In this document: in pieces, positions 53,537 to 64,000 of the stretch | Position numbering within the stretch: position 1 is the first letter of the stretch | Layout of the letters: each line of letters begins with the position of its first letter | Sequence record: MK327943.1 | Length of the DNA: 64,000 nucleotides | Origin: Escherichia phage vB_EcoM_G53 | Direction: 5' to 3' (one strand) | The notes under the pieces: model-generated | The model's input: only the letters and a program-made list of their open reading frames with translations | Told to the model about the DNA's origin: nothing | Database searches by the model: none | Position numbers and translations under genes: made by a program

Positions 53537-53539
53537 TGG

Positions 53540-53547
53540 TATAAATA
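53540..53547 (+). promoter_or_regulatory. Late promoter TATAAATA upstream of gene 34
   Basis: Exact TATAAATA 31 nt upstream of gp34 ATG. Confidence 0.5.
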
Positions 53548-53577
53548 AGTATTATTGAAACAATAAAGGAAAAACGA

Positions 53578-56500
53578 ATGGCCGACATCAAACGTAAGTT
53601 CAGAGCCGAAGACGGTCTGGACGCCGGTGGCGACAAGATTGTTAACGTAGCATTAGCCGACCGTACAGTAGGTACTGATGGCGTAAACGTTGACTTCCTG
53701 GTACAAGAAAACACCGTTCAAGTATATGATTCTACGCGTGGATATAACAAAGGATTTGTTGTTCTTTATGACAACCGTTTATATCAAGCAATAAATGATA
53801 TTGTGTCTCCTTCCGGGGCATTTAACCTTTTACAATGGCGTGCAGTTCGTACTGATGCACAATGGATAACTGTCGCTTCTGGGACTTATCAACTTTCTTC
53901 AGGTGAATCGATTTCGGTTAACACTGGTGCTGGCAATGATATGGTTTTCACGTTGCCAAATGCGCCGGTTGATGGTGATACTGTTGTTTTGGCTGATATT
54001 GGTGGAAGAACCGGGACAGTTAAAGTACAGATTAACGCGTCTGTGCAGAGTATTTTAAACTTTAGAGGTGAACAAGTTCGTACAGTTTTAATGACGCGTC
54101 CGCGTTCACAACTATTGTTTGTGTTTAGTAATCGTTTGTGGCAGATGTATATTACCGATTATGGTAAAGAATCAATCACTGTTACACCTGCGTCACCATA
54201 TCAAGCACAAGCAAATGATTTTATCGTTCGTCGTTTTACTAGTGCAGCACCAATCAACATTACACTTCCACGTAATGCTAATAATGGTGATATAATCCAC
54301 ATAGTTGATTTAGATAAATTAAACCCACTGTATCATACAATTGTTAAAACATTTGATGATACAACGTCTATTGGTGAAGTCGGGACTCATATTGCCGAAG
54401 GCAGAAATGACTCTGACGCGTTTTTTGTTTTTGATGCTGCAAGTAGTTTATGGCGTATATGGGAAGGCGACCAGAAATCGCGTCTTCGTATTATCCGTGC
54501 GGATTCAAATATTCGTCCAAATGAAGAAGTTCTTATTTTTGGCACAAATAACGCTACAGCCGGAACTATTAATCTTACGCTGCCTACAGGAATTTTGAGT
54601 GGTGACACTGTTAAAATTTCAATGAACTACATGCGTAAAGGCCAAACAGTAAAAATTAAAGCTGCCGAAGGTGATACAATTGCTTCTTCTGTTGCATTGC
54701 TTCAGTTCCCTAAACGTTCTGAATATCCACCTGATGCTCAATGGGTCTCTGTTACTGAACTAGAATTCAATGGCACTACTTCATATGTTCCTGTATTAGA
54801 ATTAGCGTATATCGAAGACACTGTTGCTGGTACAAGTTATTGGGTTGTTCAACAAAACGTCCCAACTGTAGAACGTGTCGATGCTGGAACTGATACAACT
54901 AGAGCTCGTGTAGGTGTTATTGCTCTTGCTACTCAAGCGCAAGCAAATGTTGATTTAGAGAATACTCCAGCTAAAGAATTGGCTATTACTCCCGAAACGT
55001 TGGCAAATCGTACAGCAACTGAAGCTCGACGTGGTATCGCTAAAATTGCTACAACAGCACAAGTTAACCAGAATTCCACAGCATCATTTTTGGACGATAC
55101 TATTGTTACGCCTAAAAAACTAAATGAGCGTACAGCAACTGAAACTCGTCGCGGTCTTGCTGAAATTGCTACTCAGGCCGAAACCGATGCTGGTCTTGAT
55201 GACACAACGATTATTACACCTAAGAAATTGCAGGCACGTCAGGGCTCTGAAACACTATCTGGCATAGTTAAATATGTATCAACTACTTCTGCTACTCCTG
55301 CTGAAACTCGTGGGGCCGCAGGCACTAACGTTTATAATAAAACCGTAAATAATTTAACTATTTCTCCTAAAGCCCTTGACCAATATAAAGCAACTTATGC
55401 TCAACAAGGTGCAGTAATTTTAGCTGTTGATAGTGAAGTAATTGCTGGACAATCTCAAGCAGGTTATTCTCACGCTGTAGTAACTCCTGAAACACTACAT
55501 AAGAAAACTTCTACTGATGGACGTATTGGTTTAATTGAAATTGCTACGCAAGCAGAAACTAATGCTGGGACTGATTATACACGTGCAGTAACGCCTAAGA
55601 CGTTAAATGATAGGAGAGCGACGGAAGGATTATCCGGCATAGCCGAACTTGCTACGCAAGTTGAATTTGATACTGGAACTGACGATACTCGTATCTCAAC
55701 TCCACTGAAAATTAAAACTCATTTTGATTCTTCTGACCGTACCAGTGTTAATTCTGATTCTGGACTTATTGAAGAAGGAACCTTGTGGAACCATTATACT
55801 CTTGATATTTCTAAAGCAAATGAAACACAACGTGGTACACTTCGCGTAGCGACTCAGGCAGAATCTAATGCAGGAACTTTAGATGATGTTCTTATTACTC
55901 CTAAAAAGCTTTTAGGGACTAAGTCCACTGAAACGTCTGAAGGCGTAATTAAGGTTGCTACTCAGGCTGAAACTATAACAGGAACTTCTGCTAATACTGC
56001 TGTATCTCCTAAGAATTTAAAATGGATTGTCCAGAATGAACCAACATGGGCTGCTACTACAGCAATTCGTGGATTTGTTAAAACTTCATCTGGTTCAATT
56101 ACATTCGTTGGTAATGATACAGTTGGTTCAACACAACCTTTAGAATCATATGAAAAAAATAGCTATGCTATATCTCCATATGAATTAAACCGTGTATTAG
56201 CAAATTATTTGCCATTGAAAGCTAAAGCCGTAGATAGTAATTTATTAGATGGACTAGATTCATCTCAGTTCATTCGTAGGGACATTGCACAGACGGTTAA
56301 TGGTTCACTAACCTTAACCCAACAAACGAATCTGAGTGCCCCTCTTGTATCATCTAGTACTGCTACGTTTGGTGGTTCAGTTTCGGCAAATAGTACATTA
56401 ACTATTTCTAACTCTGGAACAGCTACTCGTCTGATTTTTGAAAAAGGACCTCAAACTGGAACTAACCAAGCACAGACGATGACTATCAGAGTTTGGGGAA

Positions 56501-57453
56501 ATGAATTTGGCGATGGTTCAGATACAACACGTTCTACTGTATTTGAAGTTGGCGATGAAACATCTAATCACTTTTATTCTCAACGTAATAAAGCCGGGAA
56601 TATAACGTTTAGTATCAATGGTACTGTGATGCCAATAAATGTTAACGCTTCAGGCACGTTAAATGCGAATGGCGTTGCAACATTTGGTCGTTCAGTTACA
56701 GCCAATGGCGAATTCATTAGCAAGTCTGCAAATGCTTTCAGAGCAATTAGTGGTGATTACGGATTCTTTATTCGCAATGATGGCGGCAGCACATATTTTA
56801 TGCTTACTGCATCTGGTGATCAGACCGGTGGATTTAATGGATTACGTCCATTATCAATTAATAATCAATCCGGTCAAGTTACGATTGGTGAAAGCTTAAT
56901 CATTGCCAAAGATGTTACTATAAATTCAGGCGGTTTAACTGTTAACTCGAGAATTCGTTCTCAGGGTAGTAAAACATCTGATTTATATACCCGTGCACCA
57001 ACATCTGATACCGTAGGATTCTGGTCAATCGATATTAACGATTCAGCCACTTATAACCAGTTCCCAGGTTATTTTAAAATGGTTGAAAAAACTAATGAAG
57101 TGACTGGGCTTCCATACTTAGAACGTGGCGAAGAAGTTAAATCTCCTGGTACATTGACTCAGTTTGGTAACACACTTGATTCACTTTACCAAGATTGGAT
57201 TACTTATCCAACAACTCCAGAAGCACGTACAACCCGTTGGACTCGTACATGGCAGAAAACTAAAAATTCTTGGTCAAGTTTTGTTCAAGTATTTGATGGG
57301 GGTAACCCTCCTCAGCCATCTGATATTGGTGCTTTACCTTCTGATAATGCAACAATCGGAAACTTGACAATAAGGGATTTCTTAAGGATTGGTAACGTCC
57401 GCATTATTCCAGACCCTGTGAATAAATCTGTTAAATTCGAGTGGATTGAATAA
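53578..57453 (+). CDS. 34: Long tail fibre proximal subunit gp34
   Basis: 1291 aa (T4 1289); internal repeated ATQAE-type motifs; synteny. Confidence 0.95.
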   Translation: MADIKRKFRAEDGLDAGGDKIVNVALADRTVGTDGVNVDFLVQENTVQVYDSTRGYNKGFVVLYDNRLYQAINDIVSPSGAFNLLQWRAVRTDAQWITVASGTYQLSSGESISVNTGAGNDMVFTLPNAPVDGDTVVLADIGGRTGTVKVQINASVQSILNFRGEQVRTVLMTRPRSQLLFVFSNRLWQMYITDYGKESITVTPASPYQAQANDFIVRRFTSAAPINITLPRNANNGDIIHIVDLDKLNPLYHTIVKTFDDTTSIGEVGTHIAEGRNDSDAFFVFDAASSLWRIWEGDQKSRLRIIRADSNIRPNEEVLIFGTNNATAGTINLTLPTGILSGDTVKISMNYMRKGQTVKIKAAEGDTIASSVALLQFPKRSEYPPDAQWVSVTELEFNGTTSYVPVLELAYIEDTVAGTSYWVVQQNVPTVERVDAGTDTTRARVGVIALATQAQANVDLENTPAKELAITPETLANRTATEARRGIAKIATTAQVNQNSTASFLDDTIVTPKKLNERTATETRRGLAEIATQAETDAGLDDTTIITPKKLQARQGSETLSGIVKYVSTTSATPAETRGAAGTNVYNKTVNNLTISPKALDQYKATYAQQGAVILAVDSEVIAGQSQAGYSHAVVTPETLHKKTSTDGRIGLIEIATQAETNAGTDYTRAVTPKTLNDRRATEGLSGIAELATQVEFDTGTDDTRISTPLKIKTHFDSSDRTSVNSDSGLIEEGTLWNHYTLDISKANETQRGTLRVATQAESNAGTLDDVLITPKKLLGTKSTETSEGVIKVATQAETITGTSANTAVSPKNLKWIVQNEPTWAATTAIRGFVKTSSGSITFVGNDTVGSTQPLESYEKNSYAISPYELNRVLANYLPLKAKAVDSNLLDGLDSSQFIRRDIAQTVNGSLTLTQQTNLSAPLVSSSTATFGGSVSANSTLTISNSGTATRLIFEKGPQTGTNQAQTMTIRVWGNEFGDGSDTTRSTVFEVGDETSNHFYSQRNKAGNITFSINGTVMPINVNASGTLNANGVATFGRSVTANGEFISKSANAFRAISGDYGFFIRNDGGSTYFMLTASGDQTGGFNGLRPLSINNQSGQVTIGESLIIAKDVTINSGGLTVNSRIRSQGSKTSDLYTRAPTSDTVGFWSIDINDSATYNQFPGYFKMVEKTNEVTGLPYLERGEEVKSPGTLTQFGNTLDSLYQDWITYPTTPEARTTRWTRTWQKTKNSWSSFVQVFDGGNPPQPSDIGALPSDNATIGNLTIRDFLRIGNVRIIPDPVNKSVKFEWIE

Positions 57454-57461
57454 GAGGTATT

Positions 57462-58589
57462 ATGGAAAAATTTATGGCTAAGTTTGGACAAGGATACGTC
57501 CAAACGCCATTTTTATCGGAAAGCAATTCAGTACGATTTAAATTAAGCATAGCGGGCTCTTGTCCGCTATCAACATCTCCTGCTTATATTAAGTTTCAAG
57601 ATAATCCACTTGGGTCCCAGGTTTTTTCCGTTGGATTAAACGTTCGTGTAATAAATCCTACAACAGGTGCAGTAGTTGAATCTAAGACATATAATTTCTC
57701 TACTGAAAACGACGCCACGTCAAGTGCATTTGTTACTTTCATGGACACATATGCTTCAAATTTTATATTTGCTCTTGTTACTAACGCTAAAACAAACTTT
57801 CCACCTGAAGTTCTTGCATGGTTTACTAAAGCTGGGAGTTCTGCTATTCCATTAGCTCAACAAGTTTTAAATATAGTGGACATTTCTTATTCAGCATTTT
57901 ATATTTCTGGTAAGAATGCTATAGCACTAGAACATATTAAGTATAGTAATAAGAAAACTTCATCCGACTATAGTACACCACTTGATGTTGTGTACGACAC
58001 TATCGATGATATTGGTGCTACCGGCTTCCCTAGTCGTACGTATGAATCGTCAGACACATTTTTATCTGCTGTTGGAGGTACTAATAATGAAATTAAAAGG
58101 ATGCCTACAACATCCCTTATTACACCTCTCGCTGGGTATAAATTGAAGCCTGGAGATTTCCTTTATATGAAATTCCAACTAATGGCCAATGCTGATTTGT
58201 TAGCACAAGGGACGGCACGACTTTCTATTCGTTTCTTTAAATCTCCTTCTACTTCACCTATTTCATTTAAGGATATAAACTTTGATGGGGGCGCAGGTGA
58301 ATGGAAGATATATGAAGACTACATAGAAATTCCTGCTGGTGCTGACGGGTTCACGATTTATTGTTATCGTACAGCTCCAGTCGGGCAAGGTGGATTAAGA
58401 AACGTTATATTCACTGAAGTATCATGTAATGGAAGCGTTTCAAAACCTGCTGAGTTTGGTATAAACGGTATTCGTGTAAATTATGTTTCAGAATCTTTAA
58501 GTGCTCCAGACATAATGACATTACCTACTCAATCTTCAACTGATACTGGTAAGGTATTTGGACAAGAATTTAAAGAAGCATCAGAATAA
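57462..58589 (+). CDS. 35: Long tail fibre hinge protein gp35
   Basis: 375 aa (T4 372); synteny. Confidence 0.85.
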   Translation: MEKFMAKFGQGYVQTPFLSESNSVRFKLSIAGSCPLSTSPAYIKFQDNPLGSQVFSVGLNVRVINPTTGAVVESKTYNFSTENDATSSAFVTFMDTYASNFIFALVTNAKTNFPPEVLAWFTKAGSSAIPLAQQVLNIVDISYSAFYISGKNAIALEHIKYSNKKTSSDYSTPLDVVYDTIDDIGATGFPSRTYESSDTFLSAVGGTNNEIKRMPTTSLITPLAGYKLKPGDFLYMKFQLMANADLLAQGTARLSIRFFKSPSTSPISFKDINFDGGAGEWKIYEDYIEIPAGADGFTIYCYRTAPVGQGGLRNVIFTEVSCNGSVSKPAEFGINGIRVNYVSESLSAPDIMTLPTQSSTDTGKVFGQEFKEASE

Positions 58590-58594
58590 ATTTA

Positions 58595-58618
58595 GGGAGA
58601 CTTCGGTCTCCCATTTTT
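58595..58618 (+). terminator. Terminator: gggagac-UUCG-gtctccc plus T-tract after gene 35
   Basis: Same 18-nt hairpin as after gene 23, followed by ATTTTTG. Confidence 0.65.
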
Positions 58619-58619
58619 G

Positions 58620-58627
58620 TATAAATA
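58620..58627 (+). promoter_or_regulatory. Late promoter TATAAATA upstream of gene 36
   Basis: Exact TATAAATA 25 nt upstream of gp36 ATG. Confidence 0.5.
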
Positions 58628-58651
58628 TGGTATACATATAAGGAGACAACT

Positions 58652-59317
58652 ATGGCCGATTTAAAAGCTGGTAGTACAACTGGCGGTGCTGTTATATGGC
58701 ATCAAGGTAATTTCCCTTTAATGCCAGCAGGTGATGACGTCCTGTATAAAACGTTTAAACTCTATTCAGAATATAATAAACCACAAGCTGCTGATAACGA
58801 TTTCGTTTCTAAAGCTAATGGTGGTACTTATGCATCAAAGGTAACATTTAACGGTGGCGTTCAAGTTCCGTATGCTGTAAACAACACAAACCCATGCGGT
58901 GTTTATCCAGGTAACGGTGATAATGCTACTTTTGCTGTAGCAAATATCGATATTGTTTCGTGGAATGGTATTGGTTTTAAATCATCACAAGGTTCAGCAG
59001 CTCGAACTGTTGTAATTAATGCACGCAATGGTGATATTAGTACAAAAGGCGTTGTATCTGCTTCAGGACAAGTAAGAAGCGATATGACTGCTCCGGTTGC
59101 AGCAAATGATCTCACAAGAAAAGATTATGTTGATGGACGAATAAATATTGTTACGGATAACGCAAATTCCCGTGTATTGCGTAAAGGCGATACCATGACT
59201 GGTACTTTAACAGCACCAAACTTTTTCTCACAGAATCCGGCGTCTGAGGCTAATCATGTTCCTCGTTTCGACCAGATTGTAATTAAAGATTCTGTTCAAG
59301 ATTTCGGCTATTATTAA
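58652..59317 (+). CDS. 36: Long tail fibre distal small subunit gp36
   Basis: 221 aa as T4 gp36; synteny. Confidence 0.85.
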   Translation: MADLKAGSTTGGAVIWHQGNFPLMPAGDDVLYKTFKLYSEYNKPQAADNDFVSKANGGTYASKVTFNGGVQVPYAVNNTNPCGVYPGNGDNATFAVANIDIVSWNGIGFKSSQGSAARTVVINARNGDISTKGVVSASGQVRSDMTAPVAANDLTRKDYVDGRINIVTDNANSRVLRKGDTMTGTLTAPNFFSQNPASEANHVPRFDQIVIKDSVQDFGYY

Positions 59318-59325
59318 GAGGACTT

Positions 59326-62300
59326 ATGGCTACATTAAAACAGATACAATTTAAAAGAAGCAAAGTGGCAGGAGTTAATCCTACTGCAGCACAATTAGCC
59401 GAAGGCGAATTAGCGATAAACTTAAAAGACCGAACTCTTTTTACTAAAGATGACCTCGGTAATATTATTAGCCTAGGCTTTGCTAAGGGCGGGCAAGTTG
59501 ACGGCAACGTTACTATTAACGGACTTTTGAGATTAAATGGCGATTATGTACAAACAGGCGGAATGACTGTAAACGGACCTATTGGTTCTACTGATGGCGT
59601 AACTGCAAAAGTTTTCAGATCTACACAGGGTTCATTTTATACAAGAGCAACAAACGATACTGCAAATGCCCATCTTTGGTTTGAAAATACAAATGGCTCA
59701 GAACGTGGTGTTTTATATTCAAAACCGCAGTCTGAAAATGAAGGCGTAATTACAATGCGTGTTCGTCAAGGAACCGCTGCGGGAGCTCAAAATTCAGAAT
59801 TTCATTTCATTTCTACCGATGGCGGTATCTTCCAGGCACGCAAATTAACTGCTTTAACTTCTATTAGTACACCAACTATTAGTGTTAATTTAATTAATCA
59901 TGATTCTAAATCATTTGGACAATACGATTCGCAGTCATTAGTTCAATATGTTTATCCTGGAACCGGTGAAACAAACGGAATCAATTACCTTCGTAAAGTT
60001 CGAGCTAAATCAGGCGGAACCATTTACCATGAAATCGCTTCTTCGCAAACCGGAAAAAGTGATGAAATTTCTTGGTGGACTGGAAATACAGCCGTTAATA
60101 AACAAATGGGTCTTCGTAATGATGGGTCTTTAGTATTACGACGCTCGCTCGCAATTGGTACAATTACAACAGATGAAAACATTAATAACTACGGCTCCGC
60201 TGGAGCAATGGGCGAATGTTATATAGTTATCGGTGATGCATCAACAGGTTTATCATACAAAAAAACTGGAGTATATGATTTAGTTGCTAGTGGTCTTTCT
60301 TTAGCATCTATTACTCCTGATAGTTTCCGTAGTACCCGTAAAGCGATTTTTGGGCGCTCAGAAGACCAAGGTACAACATGGATTATGCCTGGAACGAACG
60401 CTGCATTTTTATCGGTTCAAACACAGGCTGATGAAAACACTGCTGGAGACGGTCAAACCCATATTGGATATAATTCTGGCGGAAAAATGAACCACTATTT
60501 CCGTGGTAAAGGCAAAACTAATATTAATACTCAGGAAGGTATGGAAGTTAATCCGGGTATTTTGAAATTGGTAACTGGCTCTAATAATGTAATGTTTTAT
60601 GCTGATGGCGGTATTACATCTGTTAAGCAGCTTTCAATATATAATGGCATATATTTAGCAGCTAATAATTCTACTGCTGGGCTAACATTCGCTCCAACTA
60701 CTACAATTGATGGCACTAAGCAAATTTTGTGGGAAGGCGGTACTCGTGCTGGTCAGAATAAAAGCTATGTAACTGTTAAAGCATGGGGTAATTCATTTAA
60801 CGCATCCGGCGATCGTAATCGTGAAACTGTATTTGAAGTTAGTGACGGGCAAGGATATTATTTTTATTCACAGCGTGTGGCTCCAAGTGGCTCTGAAACT
60901 ACTGGGCCTGTTGTAACCCAGTTCAATGGACAAGTTAATGCTAGAGGAAGTATTATTACTGACGGAAGTCTTAGAGTTAACGGATTAAGTACATTATCCG
61001 GACAAGTTACTATGGATAACGGGCTTGTTTTATCCGGCGGTGGTTCTATTACCGGTCAAGTTAAAATCGGTAATACCGCAGATGCTTTCCGTATTTACAA
61101 TGCTGAATATGGAGCTATTTTCCGTCGTTCTGAAGCGTCTTTGCATATTATACCTACACTTAAAGATGCAGGTGAAAGTGGTGGTATTTCTAACCTTCGC
61201 CCATTGAGTGTTTCTCTTAACAACGGTATGGTTCAAATGCGCCATTCTGTTACGTTAGGTGATGATGGTGCTGGCGGTAATATGGTGACCGTTGATAATG
61301 ATAATAAACTTGTTGTTATAACTAGTCATAGTCGCATTTCTCCTAATTACCGTATGCAATTAGGACAATCGGCATATATCGACGCTGAATGTACTGATAC
61401 TGCACGACCTGCTGGAGCCGGTTCTTTTGCTTCACAAAATAATGAAAACGTTCGTGCTCCGTTCTATATGAATATTGATAGAACAGATACAAGCACTTAT
61501 GTTCCTATTGTGAAACAAAGATACGTTCAAAATAATAGTTGTTATTCTATTGGTACTTTAATTAATGGTGGTAACTTTAGAGTTCATTATCACGAAGGTG
61601 GTGACGGCGTTTCTACTGGTGCTATTATAAAGGATCTTGGATGGGAATTTAATAAAAACGGTGATTTTTATTCTCCTGGTAAATTAGGCGCTGGTAATGT
61701 TCGTATTGGTACTGATGGTAATATCACCGGTGGTTCTGGCAACTTTGCTAACTTGAATACCACAATAAATAACCTTAAGACGGATATTGTCTCAAGTTAT
61801 CCTATTGGTGCTCCGATTCCTTGGCCTACTGATACACCTCCTGAAGGTTATGCCATAATGGAAGGTCAAACATTTGATGCTGGCTTGTATCCTAAGTTAG
61901 CTGCGGTGTATCCTTCCGGCGCTCTGCCTGATATGCGCGGTCAAACTATCAAGGGTAAACCATCTGGGCGTGCTGTATTAAGTACAGAAGCAGATGGTGT
62001 TAAGTCACATAGCCATAGTGCAAGTGCATCAAGCACAGATTTGGGTACTAAAAACACATCAAGTTTTGATTATGGTAGCAAAACGACTTCAAGCTTTGAT
62101 TATGGTACTAAGACCAGTAATACCACTGGTAACCATAACCATACAGTGAGTGGTAATACTAGTTCCGCAGGAGCTCACCAACACGCGCGTTCAGGTCCTC
62201 AGGTCACTGCTGCATGGGCAGACGATTTGTTTAGAGACGGGGTTACTACGATAGGTGCAAACTCATATGCTAAAATTAACTCAGGTATCACTGGTTCGAC

Positions 62301-62553
62301 TTTAGCAACTAAGGTCGGTAAAACATCAAATGACGGTGCCCACACCCATAGTTGGTCAGGAACTACTAGCTCTACGGGTAACCATGCTCATACGGTAGGT
62401 ATTGGTGCTCATACCCATTCGGTAGGTATTGGTGCTCATTCTCATACTGTTGCAATTGGTTCCCATGGACATACAATAACTGTAAATGCCACAGGAAATA
62501 CAGAAAACACAGTTAAAAACGTTGCTTTTAACTATATCGTTCGTTTAGCATAA
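59326..62553 (+). CDS. 37: Long tail fibre distal subunit gp37 (receptor-binding tip with His-rich repeats)
   Basis: 1075 aa (T4 1026); C-terminal HxH repeats ([33 protein letters not shown]). Confidence 0.9.
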   Translation: MATLKQIQFKRSKVAGVNPTAAQLAEGELAINLKDRTLFTKDDLGNIISLGFAKGGQVDGNVTINGLLRLNGDYVQTGGMTVNGPIGSTDGVTAKVFRSTQGSFYTRATNDTANAHLWFENTNGSERGVLYSKPQSENEGVITMRVRQGTAAGAQNSEFHFISTDGGIFQARKLTALTSISTPTISVNLINHDSKSFGQYDSQSLVQYVYPGTGETNGINYLRKVRAKSGGTIYHEIASSQTGKSDEISWWTGNTAVNKQMGLRNDGSLVLRRSLAIGTITTDENINNYGSAGAMGECYIVIGDASTGLSYKKTGVYDLVASGLSLASITPDSFRSTRKAIFGRSEDQGTTWIMPGTNAAFLSVQTQADENTAGDGQTHIGYNSGGKMNHYFRGKGKTNINTQEGMEVNPGILKLVTGSNNVMFYADGGITSVKQLSIYNGIYLAANNSTAGLTFAPTTTIDGTKQILWEGGTRAGQNKSYVTVKAWGNSFNASGDRNRETVFEVSDGQGYYFYSQRVAPSGSETTGPVVTQFNGQVNARGSIITDGSLRVNGLSTLSGQVTMDNGLVLSGGGSITGQVKIGNTADAFRIYNAEYGAIFRRSEASLHIIPTLKDAGESGGISNLRPLSVSLNNGMVQMRHSVTLGDDGAGGNMVTVDNDNKLVVITSHSRISPNYRMQLGQSAYIDAECTDTARPAGAGSFASQNNENVRAPFYMNIDRTDTSTYVPIVKQRYVQNNSCYSIGTLINGGNFRVHYHEGGDGVSTGAIIKDLGWEFNKNGDFYSPGKLGAGNVRIGTDGNITGGSGNFANLNTTINNLKTDIVSSYPIGAPIPWPTDTPPEGYAIMEGQTFDAGLYPKLAAVYPSGALPDMRGQTIKGKPSGRAVLSTEADGVKSHSHSASASSTDLGTKNTSSFDYGSKTTSSFDYGTKTSNTTGNHNHTVSGNTSSAGAHQHARSGPQVTAAWADDLFRDGVTTIGANSYAKINSGITGSTLATKVGKTSNDGAHTHSWSGTTSSTGNHAHTVGIGAHTHSVGIGAHSHTVAIGSHGHTITVNATGNTENTVKNVAFNYIVRLA
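62395..62448 (+). repeat. Near-tandem 27-bp repeat encoding [18 protein letters not shown] in the gp37 tip
   Basis: Two adjacent 27-nt units share the first 19 nt; a third degenerate unit follows. Confidence 0.7.
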
Positions 62554-62586
62554 GGAGAAGGGGCTTCGGTCCCTTTTTATAATATG
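62553..62586 (+). promoter_or_regulatory. Gene 38 translation-initiation hairpin (split SD: aggag .. hairpin .. AUG)
   Basis: SD-like aggag about 27 nt before gp38 AUG, separated by a UUCG-loop hairpin and U-tract; no SD at canonical spacing. Confidence 0.4.
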
Positions 62587-63135
62587 AAACTCTATCACTA
62601 TTATTTTGACACTAAAGAATTTTACAAAGAAGAAAATTATAAACCATTAAAAGGCGTAGGATTTCCGGCTCATTCGACACCAAAAAAACCTTTAGACCCT
62701 AAAGAAGGCTATGCTGTTATATTTGACGAACGCGAGCAAGAATGGGTATATGTTGAAGACCATCGAGGAAAAACAGTATGGACTTATGATAAGCAAAAAA
62801 TTGTTATTGACACTCCAGGTGCTCTTCAAAATGTTACTACAGAAGAACCTGGCGAATTTGACATTTGGACTGACGACGGGTGGAAGGAAGATGAAGCGTA
62901 TAAGCGGGTAGTTCAACGTGATAAGAAAATTCATGAACTCTATAAATTATTCAGTGTTTTAAGTTCTCTTATTGATGCAGAGGTTGCTAATAGAGAAGAA
63001 AAACGAAAATTTAAAGAGCTCAAAAAATTCTTTGCCCTTTTAGAAAAACATGAACATCTTGGCGGCGAATTCCCTAAATTCCCTGACCTTGAAAGCAAAT
63101 CACTTGTTAAACGAATTATAAATATCTTTAAGTAA
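62584..63135 (+). CDS. 38: Tail fibre assembly chaperone gp38 (T4-type)
   Basis: 183 aa, same length and close sequence to T4 gp38 as recalled. Confidence 0.85.
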   Translation: MKLYHYYFDTKEFYKEENYKPLKGVGFPAHSTPKKPLDPKEGYAVIFDEREQEWVYVEDHRGKTVWTYDKQKIVIDTPGALQNVTTEEPGEFDIWTDDGWKEDEAYKRVVQRDKKIHELYKLFSVLSSLIDAEVANREEKRKFKELKKFFALLEKHEHLGGEFPKFPDLESKSLVKRIINIFK

Positions 63136-63144
63136 GGAGGTATT

Positions 63145-63804
63145 ATGGCAACACCAAAAGTGTCATTTTCGCCTAGTGATATTCTATTTGGGTTGCTAGA
63201 TCGTATTTTCAAAGATAACGCTACTGGAAAGGTTTTAATGTCCCGAGTAGCGGTAATTATTCTTTTGTTCCTAATGGCACTAATATGGTACAAAGGAAGT
63301 ATTTTGCTGGATTATTATGTAAGATCTAAGTATGATACTTATACTGAAATAATCCAAAAAGAACGAGCTTTACGTTTTGAATCTGCGGCTCTAGAACAAC
63401 TGCAAATAGTTCATATCTCATCTGGTGCAGATTTTAGTGCTGTGTATTCTTTCAGACCTAAAAACTTAAATTATTTCGTCGACCTTATAGCTTATGAAGG
63501 CAAACTGCCTAGCACAATTTCTGAAAAGTCCCTTGGCGGATTTCCAGTGGACAAAACGGCCAATGAATATATAATTCATTTAAGTGGCCGTCATTTCTCG
63601 TCTAAATCAGAATTTGCATTTTTGCCTACAAAATCTAAGACTGCCGAACTTTCTTATATGTATAGTTGTCCATACTTTAATTTGGATAACATCTATGCTG
63701 GAACTGTGACGATGTATTGGTATAAGGGGAATAATATACTTGAGGAAGATCGCTTAGCGGCTATATGCAACCAAGCGGTCCGAATACTAGGAAGGGCTAA
63801 ATAA
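63145..63804 (+). CDS. t: Holin T
   Basis: 219 aa (T4 218); N-terminal TMD then periplasmic domain; high similarity to T4 T. Confidence 0.9.
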   Translation: MATPKVSFSPSDILFGLLDRIFKDNATGKVLMSRVAVIILLFLMALIWYKGSILLDYYVRSKYDTYTEIIQKERALRFESAALEQLQIVHISSGADFSAVYSFRPKNLNYFVDLIAYEGKLPSTISEKSLGGFPVDKTANEYIIHLSGRHFSSKSEFAFLPTKSKTAELSYMYSCPYFNLDNIYAGTVTMYWYKGNNILEEDRLAAICNQAVRILGRAK

Positions 63805-64000
63805 TTAGTTGTTAGAATACATCGCTAAATGACGATAAATATTTTCAAAACCTTCATTGAATTCACTAATCAGTGTTTTCTTTTCTTCGGCAGTTAAATT
63901 TGTAATTAGTTTTCTGAACGAATTCTGATTTAGCTGCCGACCATCTTTTTTAATTCCAATCTCATTCAAGAATCCGATGAAACTTGCTCGGTCTTCAACA
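63805..64000 (-). CDS. asiA: Anti-sigma70 protein AsiA, C-terminal part (gene continues beyond window)
   Basis: Minus-strand frame ends ..FLNEIGIKKDGRQLNQNSFRKL..NEGFENIYRHLAMYSNN, matching T4 AsiA as recalled. Confidence 0.75.
   Translation of the reverse strand, partial: VEDRASFIGFLNEIGIKKDGRQLNQNSFRKLITNLTAEEKKTLISEFNEGFENIYRHLAMYSNN

Noticed and set aside
62000-62500. His-rich low-complexity repeats in gp37 as possible artefact or tag
   Set aside because: HxH repeats are a known feature of the T4 gp37 tip, and the frame stays intact through them.
62560-62578. Hairpin plus T-run after gene 37 as a simple terminator
   Set aside because: It sits between the only SD-like sequence and the gp38 AUG, so a translation-initiation hairpin fits better; partial termination is not excluded.

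Overview
This window is a T4-like (T-even, Tequatrovirus-type) myovirus segment; gene calls rest on reading the translated ORFs against remembered T4 proteins and gene order, with no database search run. Plus-strand late structural genes run from gene 14 (partial) through 15, 16, 17 (terminase), 18, 19, 20, 67, 68, 21, 22, 23 and 24. Then come rnlB, hoc, inh, uvsW, uvsY, baseplate hub genes 25-26-51-27-28-29-48-54, and alt. A long minus-strand early/middle block follows: gene 30 ligase, a 30.x-like cluster of small ORFs, rIII, 31, cd, pseT, spanins, alc, rnlA, denA, nrdB, nrdA, td, frd, 32, 59, 33, dsbA and rnh. The window ends with long tail fibre genes 34-38, holin t and partial asiA. All recognised core genes are intact and at T4-like lengths, and nrdB and td are uninterrupted. 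The most unusual locus is a host-like DAHP synthase gene (37134-38181) lying between cd and the small-ORF cluster that precedes pseT, split by a perfect 55-bp tandem duplication. Other points of interest are a 295-bp ORF-free spacer downstream of rIII, a YbiA/NADAR-like ORF next to the ligase, a duplicated Ig-like domain in Hoc, and a repeated early promoter-leader cassette in front of small accessory ORFs. Regulatory coordinates were placed by hand against ORF boundaries and may be off by a base or two.
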